The notes under the pieces were generated by a model. The model searched no databases and had not been told where the DNA came from. It worked only from the letters and a program-made list of their open reading frames with translations. Of a stretch of 57,753 bases of DNA, positions 36,357 through 45,026 are shown in pieces. How positions within the stretch are numbered: the stretch's first letter is position 1; each line of letters opens with the position of its first letter. The stretch is from a virus (lineage: Duplodnaviria; Caudoviricetes). The DNA lies in IMG/VR virus record IMGVR_UViG_3300037156_000089, positions 1 through 57,753 of that record; one strand, written 5' to 3'. A program made the translations under genes and the position numbers.

Positions 36357-37103
36357 ATGACAACAGCGCGCGAGATCATCACATCTGCGCTCGAGGATGT
36401 CGGCGTTCTGGGCGTTGGCCAGACGCCGCTCGCCGAGGACGTGAACTTCGGTCTCGTGCGGCTCAATCGCATGATTGGGCAATTCAACCGTCGCCGCTGG
36501 CTCGTCTTTCATCTGATGGACGTTGCCTGCACGGCGACGGGGAATGCCTCATATACGGTCGGGACAGGTGCGAGCTTCGATATCCCGCGTCCCGACAAGC
36601 TCGAAAACGGGTGCTTCTACCGCCTCAACGGGATCGATTACCCGCTGACCCTGCTCGAATCCCGCGAGGATTACAGCCGGGTTGCAATGAAGAACCTCGG
36701 GAGCTGGCCGTCCCTCGTCTATTACGATGCCGCGATGACCCTGCACACGCCCATTGCTGGCGGGGCCACGCAATTCCCGTGCGGGAACCTGCTGATTAAC
36801 CCGGTCCCGGCCTCGGGGCAGGGCGAGATTCACCTTCTCGTGAAGGACGTGCTTGGGACGCTGGCGAACCTCTCGACGGTGCTCCTGACGCCTCCCGAAT
36901 ACGAAGAGGCGTTCGAATACAATCTGGCCCTGCGCTTCTGCGCAAAATACCAGATCGATGCGTCCAAGGAGATCGCAGGGCTCGCGCGCGCCGCGCTGTC
37001 GACGATCCGCTCTGCAAATACGCAAGTGCCGCTGTTGCAGCTTCCCGCCGGACTCGTCGGCACGGGTCGGCGTTACAATATCTTTTCCGATCGGAGCTCG
37101 TAA
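36357..37103 (+). CDS. Head-tail adaptor, P22 gp4-like
   Basis: MTTAREIITSALEDVGVLG..LNRM; PPEYEEAFEYNLALR; position. Confidence 0.8.
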   Translation: MTTAREIITSALEDVGVLGVGQTPLAEDVNFGLVRLNRMIGQFNRRRWLVFHLMDVACTATGNASYTVGTGASFDIPRPDKLENGCFYRLNGIDYPLTLLESREDYSRVAMKNLGSWPSLVYYDAAMTLHTPIAGGATQFPCGNLLINPVPASGQGEIHLLVKDVLGTLANLSTVLLTPPEYEEAFEYNLALRFCAKYQIDASKEIAGLARAALSTIRSANTQVPLLQLPAGLVGTGRRYNIFSDRSS

Positions 37104-38609
37104 ATGCTCGTTCCCCTGACAGGCGGCGCGTATCAAAATCGCAGCCTGCTCCCGAACGCGCAGCGTCAGGTCAATCTGTATTCCGAGAACAATCCTCAGA
37201 ACTCGCAGGCTCCGACCCCCGTCACGACCTATCTCACACCGGGGCTGCGGCTGCTTGTGACCGCGCCGAATATCGAGGGATACCGGGCGACCTATCGCGC
37301 GTCGAACGGCGATCTTTACGTCTGCGTCGGGTCTCAGGTCTATTACGTCAACCCGTCGTTTGTGTTCTCGCTTCTCGGTGTGATCCCGGACAATACAACG
37401 CCGGTTTCGTTCTCGGACAATGGAATCGTGATGGTTCTGGTCGATGGGACCGGCACCGGATATTGCGTCGATATCACGCCAACCTCGATCAGCGGCCTTC
37501 CTGTCCCCAGGACGTGGGGTGCCATCGCAGATCCGAACTTCCTCGGGTCGAACTTCGTCGACTACATCGACACCTATTTCGTCTTTAATCAGCCGGGAAC
37601 GTCGAACCTCTATATCTCGCTGTCCGAAGTCTCCTTCCAGATGCTCACGCAATCGAGCATCGGAACTGGGGTGATTTCCAGCGCAGGTTCGAGCTACACG
37701 AACGGCACCTATTACGGCGTCCCAATGAGCGGTGGGACCGGCATTGGAGCCATGGCGACGATCACTGTAGCAGGGGCTGCTGTGACCGGCGTCACGATCG
37801 ACAATCCGGGGCAAGGGTTTGCGGCCGGGCAAGTGCTCACGGTTGCAGCCTCTCATATGGGGGGCTCGGGCACCGGATTCACCTATACGATCTCGACCAT
37901 GGCTCCGGCATTCGATCCGCTCGACATTGCCGGGAAGACGGGCTCCCCGGACGCCATCCAGCGCGTGATCGTCGTTTATCGGACGGTCTGGCCGATTGGC
38001 ACGCTAACGACTGAGGGATGGATTGATTCCGGCGCTGCGGACTTCGCATTGCAGCCGCTGCCGGGTGTGTTCATCGAGCATGGGTGTGCGGCGCCGTTCT
38101 CTGTCGCAGCGCATGACCGATCGGCCTATTGGCTGTCCATGGACAGGCAGGGAACGGCCATCGTCATCAAGATCAAGGGCTATGGCGCTGAGCGCGTCTC
38201 GACGCACGCCATAGAGTCCATCTTTCAGAAATACGCTAATATCTCGGACGCGATCGGGTTCACGTTCCAGCAAAAAGGCCACGTCTTTTACGTCATTACG
38301 TTCCCCAGCGCGAACGCAACATGGGGCATGGATATCGAGACTGGCGACTGGTTCCAATGGGCCTTCACTGACGATAACGGAAACCTGAATCGGCATCGGG
38401 CGAACTGCGGCTGCTTCGCCTATGGGCTGAATATCGTCGGGGATTGGCAGAACGGCAATCTCTACGCGCTCGACCCCGGCGTCTACACCGATAACGGCCA
38501 CCCCATCACGCGCATCCGCACCTTTCCGCATCTTCGCGAAGATGGCTCGCGCGTGACCTATACGAGCCTCATCGCCGATCTTCAGTCAGGGCTTGAAACG
38601 CCCGCCTGA
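37104..38609 (+). CDS. Tail hub / packaged-DNA stabilisation protein, P22 gp10-like, lacking its normal C-terminus
   Basis: QVNLY..TPGL; IDTYFVFNQPGT; IEHGCAAPFSV; RVSTHAIE; FQQKGHVFY; HRANC; VGDWQNGNLY; stops after LIADLQSG. Confidence 0.88.
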   Translation: MLVPLTGGAYQNRSLLPNAQRQVNLYSENNPQNSQAPTPVTTYLTPGLRLLVTAPNIEGYRATYRASNGDLYVCVGSQVYYVNPSFVFSLLGVIPDNTTPVSFSDNGIVMVLVDGTGTGYCVDITPTSISGLPVPRTWGAIADPNFLGSNFVDYIDTYFVFNQPGTSNLYISLSEVSFQMLTQSSIGTGVISSAGSSYTNGTYYGVPMSGGTGIGAMATITVAGAAVTGVTIDNPGQGFAAGQVLTVAASHMGGSGTGFTYTISTMAPAFDPLDIAGKTGSPDAIQRVIVVYRTVWPIGTLTTEGWIDSGAADFALQPLPGVFIEHGCAAPFSVAAHDRSAYWLSMDRQGTAIVIKIKGYGAERVSTHAIESIFQKYANISDAIGFTFQQKGHVFYVITFPSANATWGMDIETGDWFQWAFTDDNGNLNRHRANCGCFAYGLNIVGDWQNGNLYALDPGVYTDNGHPITRIRTFPHLREDGSRVTYTSLIADLQSGLETPA

Positions 38610-38648
38610 CCTGCCTCCCCAAACCCTTCTTTCGCAAAGGAAAGCCTC

Positions 38649-39086
38649 ATGGGCGCTCTCTCCGACTACGCCGAAAATCACTTGATCGACTGGTTTTTCC
38701 GTGGCCAGACCTTCACACCCCCGGCGACGATGTACGTCGCCTTGATGACGGCGGCACCAACGGACACGGGCGGAGGCACCGAATGCACGGGCGGTTCTTA
38801 TGCCCGCGTCGCCGTCACGAGTGCGCTTGCGAACTGGGCAGGCACGCAGTCGGCAGGCTCGACGACGGCATCGTCTGGCACCGGTGGCACCACGTCGAAT
38901 AACGGCGTCATCACCTACCCGACCCCGACCGCAGGCTGGGGAACTGCCGTTGCAATGGCCGTTTACGACGCCTCCACGAGCGGCAATCTTCTCTTCTACG
39001 CAGCCCTCACGGTTTCGAAGACAATCAACACGGGCGACGTCGTAGACTTCCCGGCTGCTGCCTTGACGTTCCAGATCGACAACTAA
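38649..39086 (+). CDS. Small tail/fibre-associated structural protein
   Basis: SDYAENHLIDW..YVALMTAAP..GGSYARVAV..WGT..YDASTSGNLLFY family. Confidence 0.8.
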   Translation: MGALSDYAENHLIDWFFRGQTFTPPATMYVALMTAAPTDTGGGTECTGGSYARVAVTSALANWAGTQSAGSTTASSGTGGTTSNNGVITYPTPTAGWGTAVAMAVYDASTSGNLLFYAALTVSKTINTGDVVDFPAAALTFQIDN

Positions 39087-39096
39087 GGCTAGACGA

Positions 39097-39180
39097 ATGA
39101 TCGATCGCGCGAACGGATTGCGCGCGTGGACGGGCTTGCGCGAGTTCTCGCGCGCGGTGCGCGGTGAGGGCTCGGCATGA
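39097..39180 (+). CDS. 27-aa coupling peptide (not in ORF track)
   Basis: MIDRANGLRAWTGLREFSRAVRGEGSA; ATGA overlap with the next gene. Confidence 0.3.
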   Translation: MIDRANGLRAWTGLREFSRAVRGEGSA

Positions 39181-40466
39181 CCACAACATGGAACCCATCT
39201 TATATTCCGGCCTCAATCTCGCTAAGCGGCGGAAATCTTACCTGGACGCAGGCGATCAGCACCACGTTCACGGTGCCTGCTACGGGTGGGTTCAGTACGG
39301 GCAAGCTCTATTTCGAAGTTCTTCTGTCGTCCGTCACGTCTGATTGCCTAGTCGGAATCACCAACCAGTCGACCGGGAGCGCGACGGTCGGTCTTGGGCT
39401 CGACGCTCACGGCTTCGCCTATGACGCCGCGACCGGCAAGGTTTACAATAACAACACGGCCTTCGCGACGGGATCATACGTCACCTATACCAGCGGCGAC
39501 CGCGTCATGGTGGCCGTCGATCTGGTCAATAATCTTCTCTATGTCGGGAAGAACGGCACATGGTCACTGGGCGGGAACCCGTCTGCGGGCACTGGCGGCA
39601 TATCGATCCCGGCCAATACGTATTTCCCGGCCTTCGGCGCAGCTTCTAGCCGGAGCAACGGAACCGCGAATTTCGGCGCGACTGCTTTCACTTATTCCCT
39701 GCCGACAGGATACTCCGCTTGGGATGTGGCGATCGTCGATGATCTCGCTGCATCCGCCATCGCACAAGCGACCGCAACGGCAACACTCGACGTCGAGCAT
39801 AACCTCGCGGCCTCCGCCGCCTCTATCGCCTCTGCTACCTCTGCGATCGACGTTCAGAACCACCTAGGGGCGCTCGCCGCAGCAGTTGCGACAGGCACGG
39901 GCGCTCTCGATCTCAAGCACCATCTCGCGGCAGCCGCGGCTTCTATCGCGACCGTGATGGCGACTCTGACGTCCGACCCATCGGGAGTGGAGCACCTCGC
40001 GGCGAGCGCCGTCTCTGTGGCGTCGGCAACAGCCTCTCTCGATTTGCAACACCACCTCGCGGGTGCAGCAGCGGCAATCTCTACCGCCGTGGCATCGCTC
40101 GACCTGCAACACCCGCTGTCAGCAGATGCTGCTGCCAGCTCAGTAGCGGCAGCCGGCCTCCGGCTCGCGCACCACCTGGCCGGGGCCGCTATTGCGGAGC
40201 CGCTAGTTACAGCCGGCCTCGTTGGCCCCACAGACACGCCAGTGCGCCCGTCTCCCATGATCTCCCTTCGATGGAGCGATGACCGGGGCGCGACGTTCGG
40301 AAACCCTGTCGAACAATCGATGGGCGGGGCAGGCGAGTTTCTGACCTCGATCAAGTGGAATCGCTTGGGTATGGCGCGGGATCGCGTGTTCGAACTCTCA
40401 TGGTCCTGCAATTCCAACACCTGTCTCAGCGGCGCATTCATCGAGACCATCAAGCACAAGTCGTAA
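39177..40466 (+). CDS. SPRY/concanavalin-like domain + eight 20-aa Ala-rich repeats + gp10 C-terminal segment
   Basis: LSGGNLT..GKLYFEV..GDRVMVAVDL..GKNGTW..NFG..PTGY; HLAAxA repeats; ISLRWSDDRG..WNRLGMARDRVFELS. Confidence 0.8.
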   Translation: MTTTWNPSYIPASISLSGGNLTWTQAISTTFTVPATGGFSTGKLYFEVLLSSVTSDCLVGITNQSTGSATVGLGLDAHGFAYDAATGKVYNNNTAFATGSYVTYTSGDRVMVAVDLVNNLLYVGKNGTWSLGGNPSAGTGGISIPANTYFPAFGAASSRSNGTANFGATAFTYSLPTGYSAWDVAIVDDLAASAIAQATATATLDVEHNLAASAASIASATSAIDVQNHLGALAAAVATGTGALDLKHHLAAAAASIATVMATLTSDPSGVEHLAASAVSVASATASLDLQHHLAGAAAAISTAVASLDLQHPLSADAAASSVAAAGLRLAHHLAGAAIAEPLVTAGLVGPTDTPVRPSPMISLRWSDDRGATFGNPVEQSMGGAGEFLTSIKWNRLGMARDRVFELSWSCNSNTCLSGAFIETIKHKS

Positions 40467-40481
40467 TGCTCGGGGCAGATC

Positions 40482-40820
40482 ATGGCAGCCAATAAAGGAA
40501 CGCCGTCGTGGTCGAACCCGGTGGTTGATCCAGGCACGGGGATTGCGACTCCGTCATGGTTCTCATTTTTTGCGCTCCTGGCCGGCGCGCCGGGGCCGAT
40601 CGTGCCGGTGCAGCCGACAGCAAGCCCATTCTCCTTTCAAGCGCCGTCGCGCGGGTCGCTCGCGGTCTCTGGCGGGACGGTCTCCGCGATCCTGCTCAGC
40701 CGGGGCCGGGTGTCGGGCGTGAATATCGGGTTTACCAACGGCCCGGTTCCGATGGCAGCCGGGGATACCGTCTCGATCACGTTTTCTGCGGCCCCTACGA
40801 TCAATTTCATCCCGCAATAG
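40482..40820 (+). CDS. Tail needle/plug-position protein (gp26 position)
   Basis: PVVDPGTG..PSWFSFF N-terminus; position after the hub. Confidence 0.6.
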   Translation: MAANKGTPSWSNPVVDPGTGIATPSWFSFFALLAGAPGPIVPVQPTASPFSFQAPSRGSLAVSGGTVSAILLSRGRVSGVNIGFTNGPVPMAAGDTVSITFSAAPTINFIPQ

Positions 40821-40830
40821 GAGAGAGCAT

Positions 40831-41145
40831 ATGGCATGGCCGAAGAAGGGAAACGCAATCGACCGGGCAGCCGACAAGGCGACTGGGGCCGCGCAGAGTG
40901 GCGGCTCTCCCGGGTGGTCCGATAAGGCGAGGGAAGCGGCCGCTGCATCGCGGCAGGCTCATGCGGCCACAGTCTCTCCTGCTATCCAGAAAACCCGCGA
41001 CAAAGCGACTAAGGCTGGGATGTCTCACGATCAATATTCTCAGAGCCTTGGTTACAAAAGCCACCAAGAGCACATGGATTTGACTGCACCTCGGAAGGGT
41101 GCCGACAAGGGCCGTTATCGTCCGAAGACGATGGGAGAGTGGTAG
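40831..41145 (+). CDS. Hypothetical basic protein
   Basis: AGGAG RBS; WSDKAREAAAASR. Confidence 0.6.
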   Translation: MAWPKKGNAIDRAADKATGAAQSGGSPGWSDKAREAAAASRQAHAATVSPAIQKTRDKATKAGMSHDQYSQSLGYKSHQEHMDLTAPRKGADKGRYRPKTMGEW

Positions 41146-41147
41146 TC

Positions 41148-41345
41148 ATGGCCAAATCGAAGAACAAGGACGTGGACAACGCCATTGCCAAGGTCTCCCC
41201 GGGCTATGCCGAGGACATGGGATGGAAGGCAGACGACGCCATGCGCACGATCGCCCGGGCGGAAGAGCACAAGGCCGACAAGCCCCTGATGAAGGCGGTC
41301 AAGAAGAAAGCCTCCGATCTGGTCAAGGCCGTGGCGAAGTGCTGA
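41148..41345 (+). CDS. Hypothetical protein
   Basis: GGAG RBS; WKADDAMRTIARAEE. Confidence 0.65.
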   Translation: MAKSKNKDVDNAIAKVSPGYAEDMGWKADDAMRTIARAEEHKADKPLMKAVKKKASDLVKAVAKC

Positions 41346-41358
41346 GGGGTCGAAGAGA

Positions 41359-41898
41359 ATGAAATTCTTCACCCCGATTGCGCAGAACATCGACATCGTT
41401 CCGGTCATGAATGCGCTCGCCGTTCACCCGGAACTCTGGGATCAGAACACGCTGCGCACGACGCACCCGGGGACGGCTCACTCGGACGTGAGCGATATCT
41501 GGATTTGGTTCAATGACCCCACGAACCCCGCCGAAGTCGTCAATGACCGCGAGGTGATCGAATATCCGGCATGGCGCGCTATCCCGCAGTTGCGCCCGAT
41601 CATCTTCGACCTGATGCGCCGCGTCGATGCCGTGCGCCTTGGCCGGGTGATGATTACTCGTCTCCCTCCAGGCAAGACGATCACTCCCCACATCGATGGC
41701 GGGGCGCCTGCTACCTACTTCACCCGCTATCAGATCGCGCTGCAGAGCCTTCCCGGTGCGCTCTTCAATATCGGTGACGAGACGGTGAATTTTCGAAACG
41801 GAGAGTGCTGGATGATCGACAATCGCGTTGAACATAGCGTAGTCAACAACAGCGCTGACGACCGGATCGTGATCATCGCGGATCTTCGACTCGCATGA
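41359..41898 (+). CDS. Aspartyl/asparaginyl beta-hydroxylase-like 2OG-Fe(II) oxygenase
   Basis: LGRVMITRLPPGKTITPHID..GECWMIDN..HSVVN..DRIVIIAD. Confidence 0.85.
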   Translation: MKFFTPIAQNIDIVPVMNALAVHPELWDQNTLRTTHPGTAHSDVSDIWIWFNDPTNPAEVVNDREVIEYPAWRAIPQLRPIIFDLMRRVDAVRLGRVMITRLPPGKTITPHIDGGAPATYFTRYQIALQSLPGALFNIGDETVNFRNGECWMIDNRVEHSVVNNSADDRIVIIADLRLA

Positions 41899-42356
41899 TC
41901 ACCTTTTCGACGGAGCCATGGGATCTGATCAAGCTCGAGATCCTGCCGCTCTGGCAGGAGCATCATGCCGCGATCGCGGACCCGGACGATGCGGGATATG
42001 TCCCGCTCGATCCGGACTGGGCGAAATACCAGGCCACGGCGGATCGCGGCGCGTTGCATATCACGGCGGCGCGGGACCGGGGCGCGCTCGTTGGGTATGC
42101 CTTCGCGTTTATCGAGACGGGGCTTCACTACAAATCGACGCTCTTCGGGCATTTCGATCTGTATTGGATGGCACCCGGCGCGCGCGGTCACTGGGTTGGA
42201 ATTCGGCTTTTCAAGGAAGTCGAGCGGGCCATGAAGGCGCGCGGCGTCCAGAAGATGACGAACGCGCGGAAGATTTGGCACGACACGGGACCGATCTTTC
42301 GTCGCCTCGACTGGCGCGACGTGGAAGTCCGTTCGACGAAATGGATCGGAGTTTAG
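41895..42356 (+). CDS. GNAT-like acetyltransferase
   Basis: LDPDW..Y; ARDRGALVGY; HYK..DLYWMAPGARG..GIRLFKEVE. Confidence 0.8.
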   Translation: MITFSTEPWDLIKLEILPLWQEHHAAIADPDDAGYVPLDPDWAKYQATADRGALHITAARDRGALVGYAFAFIETGLHYKSTLFGHFDLYWMAPGARGHWVGIRLFKEVERAMKARGVQKMTNARKIWHDTGPIFRRLDWRDVEVRSTKWIGV

Positions 42357-42357
42357 A

Positions 42358-43071
42358 ATGGTCATCGTTGCAACCATCGGGGCCGCCGCTATCGGGGCCG
42401 GAGCGACCGTGTACGCTGCCAACTCGGCGGCCGACGCGCAGAAGTCCGCCGCCGATTCCGCAAGCGCGACCCAGATGAACATGTTCACCAAGATGCAGGG
42501 AAACCTGCAACCCTACATGGATACGGGCACCTCTGCGAATAACGCCCTGACCGGGCAATTGCCGAGCCTGACGGCCCCGATCAACATGAACGAAAGCACG
42601 CTGCAGAACACGCCCGGCTATCAGTTCAACCTCACGCAGGGCCTGAAGGCCACACAGAGCGCAGCGGCGGCGCGCGGCTTGGGAGTGTCGGGCGCAGCCT
42701 TAAAGGGCGCAGCGACCTATGCCACCGGCCTTGCGGACAGCACCTATCAAAACCAGTTCAACAACGCGAATACAAACCGCCAGACGACATACAACATGCT
42801 CTCCGGCCAGCAGTCGCTCGGCGAGAACGCAGCTGCGGGCGTCGGCAACGCGGGCATCCAGACCGGCAACAGCATCGCCTCGAACACGATCGGCGCGGGC
42901 AATGCGCAGGCCGCAGCTGATATGGCGATGGGCAAGGCTGTCGGCGGGGCTGCTAGTTCAATACCGAGCGGCATGGTGTTGAATAATCTTCTGAGCAATA
43001 ACATGGCCGGCGGCTCGCAGAATAGCATTGGGTCGAACAACTATTTTGACGGCCTCGGAGGGCTTCAGTAA
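42358..43071 (+). CDS. DNA ejection protein, gp7-like
   Basis: Hydrophobic Ala/Gly N-terminus; LQPY; TPGYQF..QG..SAAAARG..SGAALK. Confidence 0.8.
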   Translation: MVIVATIGAAAIGAGATVYAANSAADAQKSAADSASATQMNMFTKMQGNLQPYMDTGTSANNALTGQLPSLTAPINMNESTLQNTPGYQFNLTQGLKATQSAAAARGLGVSGAALKGAATYATGLADSTYQNQFNNANTNRQTTYNMLSGQQSLGENAAAGVGNAGIQTGNSIASNTIGAGNAQAAADMAMGKAVGGAASSIPSGMVLNNLLSNNMAGGSQNSIGSNNYFDGLGGLQ

Positions 43072-44408
43072 TGCCGATCGATGTCTCGATGTACAATCAA
43101 GAGCCCGTCGACCCCATGGCGGCCATTGGCAAGACCGTGGGTGTGGCGAACCAGCTGACCCAGAACCGAATCCTTGGCACGCAAAGCGAGCGGGCACAGG
43201 CCGAACTCGCAGCGGATCAAGCAGTCGGCTCGGCTGCGCAGAACAACATGCTTGCAAACGGGACTCTCAACCAAGCGGGATTTGGTGCGGCCGTCGCGGC
43301 AGACCCGCGCGCCGGGATGCGCGCCCTTTCCGCACTTCAGACGGGCGGTACCGTTCAGGGCCAGAGCCTTTCCAATCAGGGCACGGGCGTCGTTCAGGCG
43401 CAGCAGCGGCAGGATAATTTCGCAGCCAAAGTCGGCGCGCTCGGGCCGAACCCCACTCGTCAGGACGTGTTGAAAGTCGCTTCGGACATGCTCCATCAGG
43501 GGCAGCTTATCCCAGACGATACGCCGGGCATCCTCGGCGAGATCCCGATGAAACCGGCTGATGTCGCAGATTATGCCCGGCGGAAGGTTATGGCCGCCCA
43601 CTCGGCGCAACAGCAGACAGCGCAGACACCGGCTGGCGTCGGACCTGACGGGGCCCCATTGCAAGCTCCCCTGGCAACTGTTGTGAGGCAGCAGGCAGCG
43701 GCGCCGAGCGGTGCTATCCCGTCTGCGCTCCCGCCCGGCCAAGGCGACGTCATGGCTAACGATGAGAAGTCCTATCAGGCAGACCAGCAGGGGGCGGCGT
43801 CGATTATGAAGAATGCACGCCCACTTCAAGCGGCGCTCCCTCTCATCGAGCGGTTGAACAACCATTCATTCGGCCCGGGATCCAAACAGTTCAACAAGAT
43901 CAAAGGCGCGCTTCAATTCGCAGGCATCATCCCTCCCGGAACCACAGACACAGAAGTCCGGCAGGAGGCGAACAAATATTTCCACAACTATGCGGCAAGC
44001 ACGGGAGGCGCTGGGCGTTCAGATCAGGCCCTTTCCCAAGCGGCAATATCGAACCCGAGCATGGAGCTGACGCAGGGCGCAAACCTTGACCTCATCAAGA
44101 GTCAGATTGGCCGCGATCGTATGGACGCCTCTCTTGCGAGCGCGTTCAAGGCTCAGAACCCCAACGTGAAGGGTGGCGCCGGCTACTCTGACTTCAAGAG
44201 TCGATTTTACCAGCAAAATGACCCGAGGGCGTTCAGCTACGATTTGCTGGATCCGGCGGGAAAGCAGAAGGTCCTGAATAGCATCGGGAAGCCGGGATCG
44301 GATGCGTACAATAAATTCGGGCGGTCGCTCAAACTCGCGCACGAGGCTGGCATGTTGCAGATGCCGCCGCCGCCATCAGCAACGACGCCCCCAGCAGGAG
44401 CTCAATAA
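43071..44408 (+). CDS. DNA ejection protein, gp20 position
   Basis: Gln/Ala-rich helical protein in the ejectosome cluster. Confidence 0.65.
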   Translation: MPIDVSMYNQEPVDPMAAIGKTVGVANQLTQNRILGTQSERAQAELAADQAVGSAAQNNMLANGTLNQAGFGAAVAADPRAGMRALSALQTGGTVQGQSLSNQGTGVVQAQQRQDNFAAKVGALGPNPTRQDVLKVASDMLHQGQLIPDDTPGILGEIPMKPADVADYARRKVMAAHSAQQQTAQTPAGVGPDGAPLQAPLATVVRQQAAAPSGAIPSALPPGQGDVMANDEKSYQADQQGAASIMKNARPLQAALPLIERLNNHSFGPGSKQFNKIKGALQFAGIIPPGTTDTEVRQEANKYFHNYAASTGGAGRSDQALSQAAISNPSMELTQGANLDLIKSQIGRDRMDASLASAFKAQNPNVKGGAGYSDFKSRFYQQNDPRAFSYDLLDPAGKQKVLNSIGKPGSDAYNKFGRSLKLAHEAGMLQMPPPPSATTPPAGAQ

Positions 44409-45026
44409 ATGGCCGGTAACAGACTTGCGGGCTCCGGCCCGACGATGCCGGGCGATGGCGGGGATGGGCCTTCGGCCGGATTGTCCGGGACGATGGGCGC
44501 AACGCCACAGGCGGCCCCACAGGCGGCCCCGAACATGCTCAGCGGCGCGCAGCCCCAACAGCAACAGCAAGGCCAGCCACAGGCCGCACAGGGCCAGCCT
44601 GGCGCCCCGCTCGTTCCCCCGTCCCACGCGACGCTGATCGACGTCTTCCATCGCGGGTCATACGTGGTCTCGGCGCTCAAGCAACTGCTCAGCAAGCCCG
44701 ACCTGAAGACGAAGGACATCCTCGACACAGTTGGTGAGATCGTCGCCGATCAGGTCATGTCGCCCTTCGATGCCGCCAAATATCTGGCCGACATGCCGAC
44801 GCAGGCCGATCCGCTTCAGCTCCGCCAATGGGTCGGGCAGCATTACGCTAATTCGGCGAAGAACCTTCAGACGGTGGCTGAAATGCTGCACGCGCATGGA
44901 GCGATGACGCGCCGCATGGCGCAGCAGCCCCCGCAAATGATGCCCCCGGACGCCTCGCCCCAGATGCCGCCCCCAGATCAATCGGGCGGAAACCTCCTGT
45001 CTCAGACAACGCAGAGCGTGCACTGA
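44409..45026 (+). CDS. Hypothetical virion/ejection-cluster protein
   Basis: AGGAG RBS; Q/P-rich ends. Confidence 0.6.
   Translation: MAGNRLAGSGPTMPGDGGDGPSAGLSGTMGATPQAAPQAAPNMLSGAQPQQQQQGQPQAAQGQPGAPLVPPSHATLIDVFHRGSYVVSALKQLLSKPDLKTKDILDTVGEIVADQVMSPFDAAKYLADMPTQADPLQLRQWVGQHYANSAKNLQTVAEMLHAHGAMTRRMAQQPPQMMPPDASPQMPPPDQSGGNLLSQTTQSVH

Noticed and set aside
36549-37856. Long antisense ORFs (this 435-aa one; also 7836-8723, 9659-10474, 14628-15374)
   Set aside because: Shadow ORFs of high-GC coding regions with no motifs or RBS
38610-40247. Self-splicing intron or intein explaining the split hub gene
   Set aside because: Insert consists of ordinary structural ORFs; no intron core, maturase or intein termini recognised (RT-PCR would be decisive)
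37104-40466. Genome-wide stop-codon reassignment
   Set aside because: TGA, TAG and TAA all end well-formed genes elsewhere, and three different stops interrupt this frame
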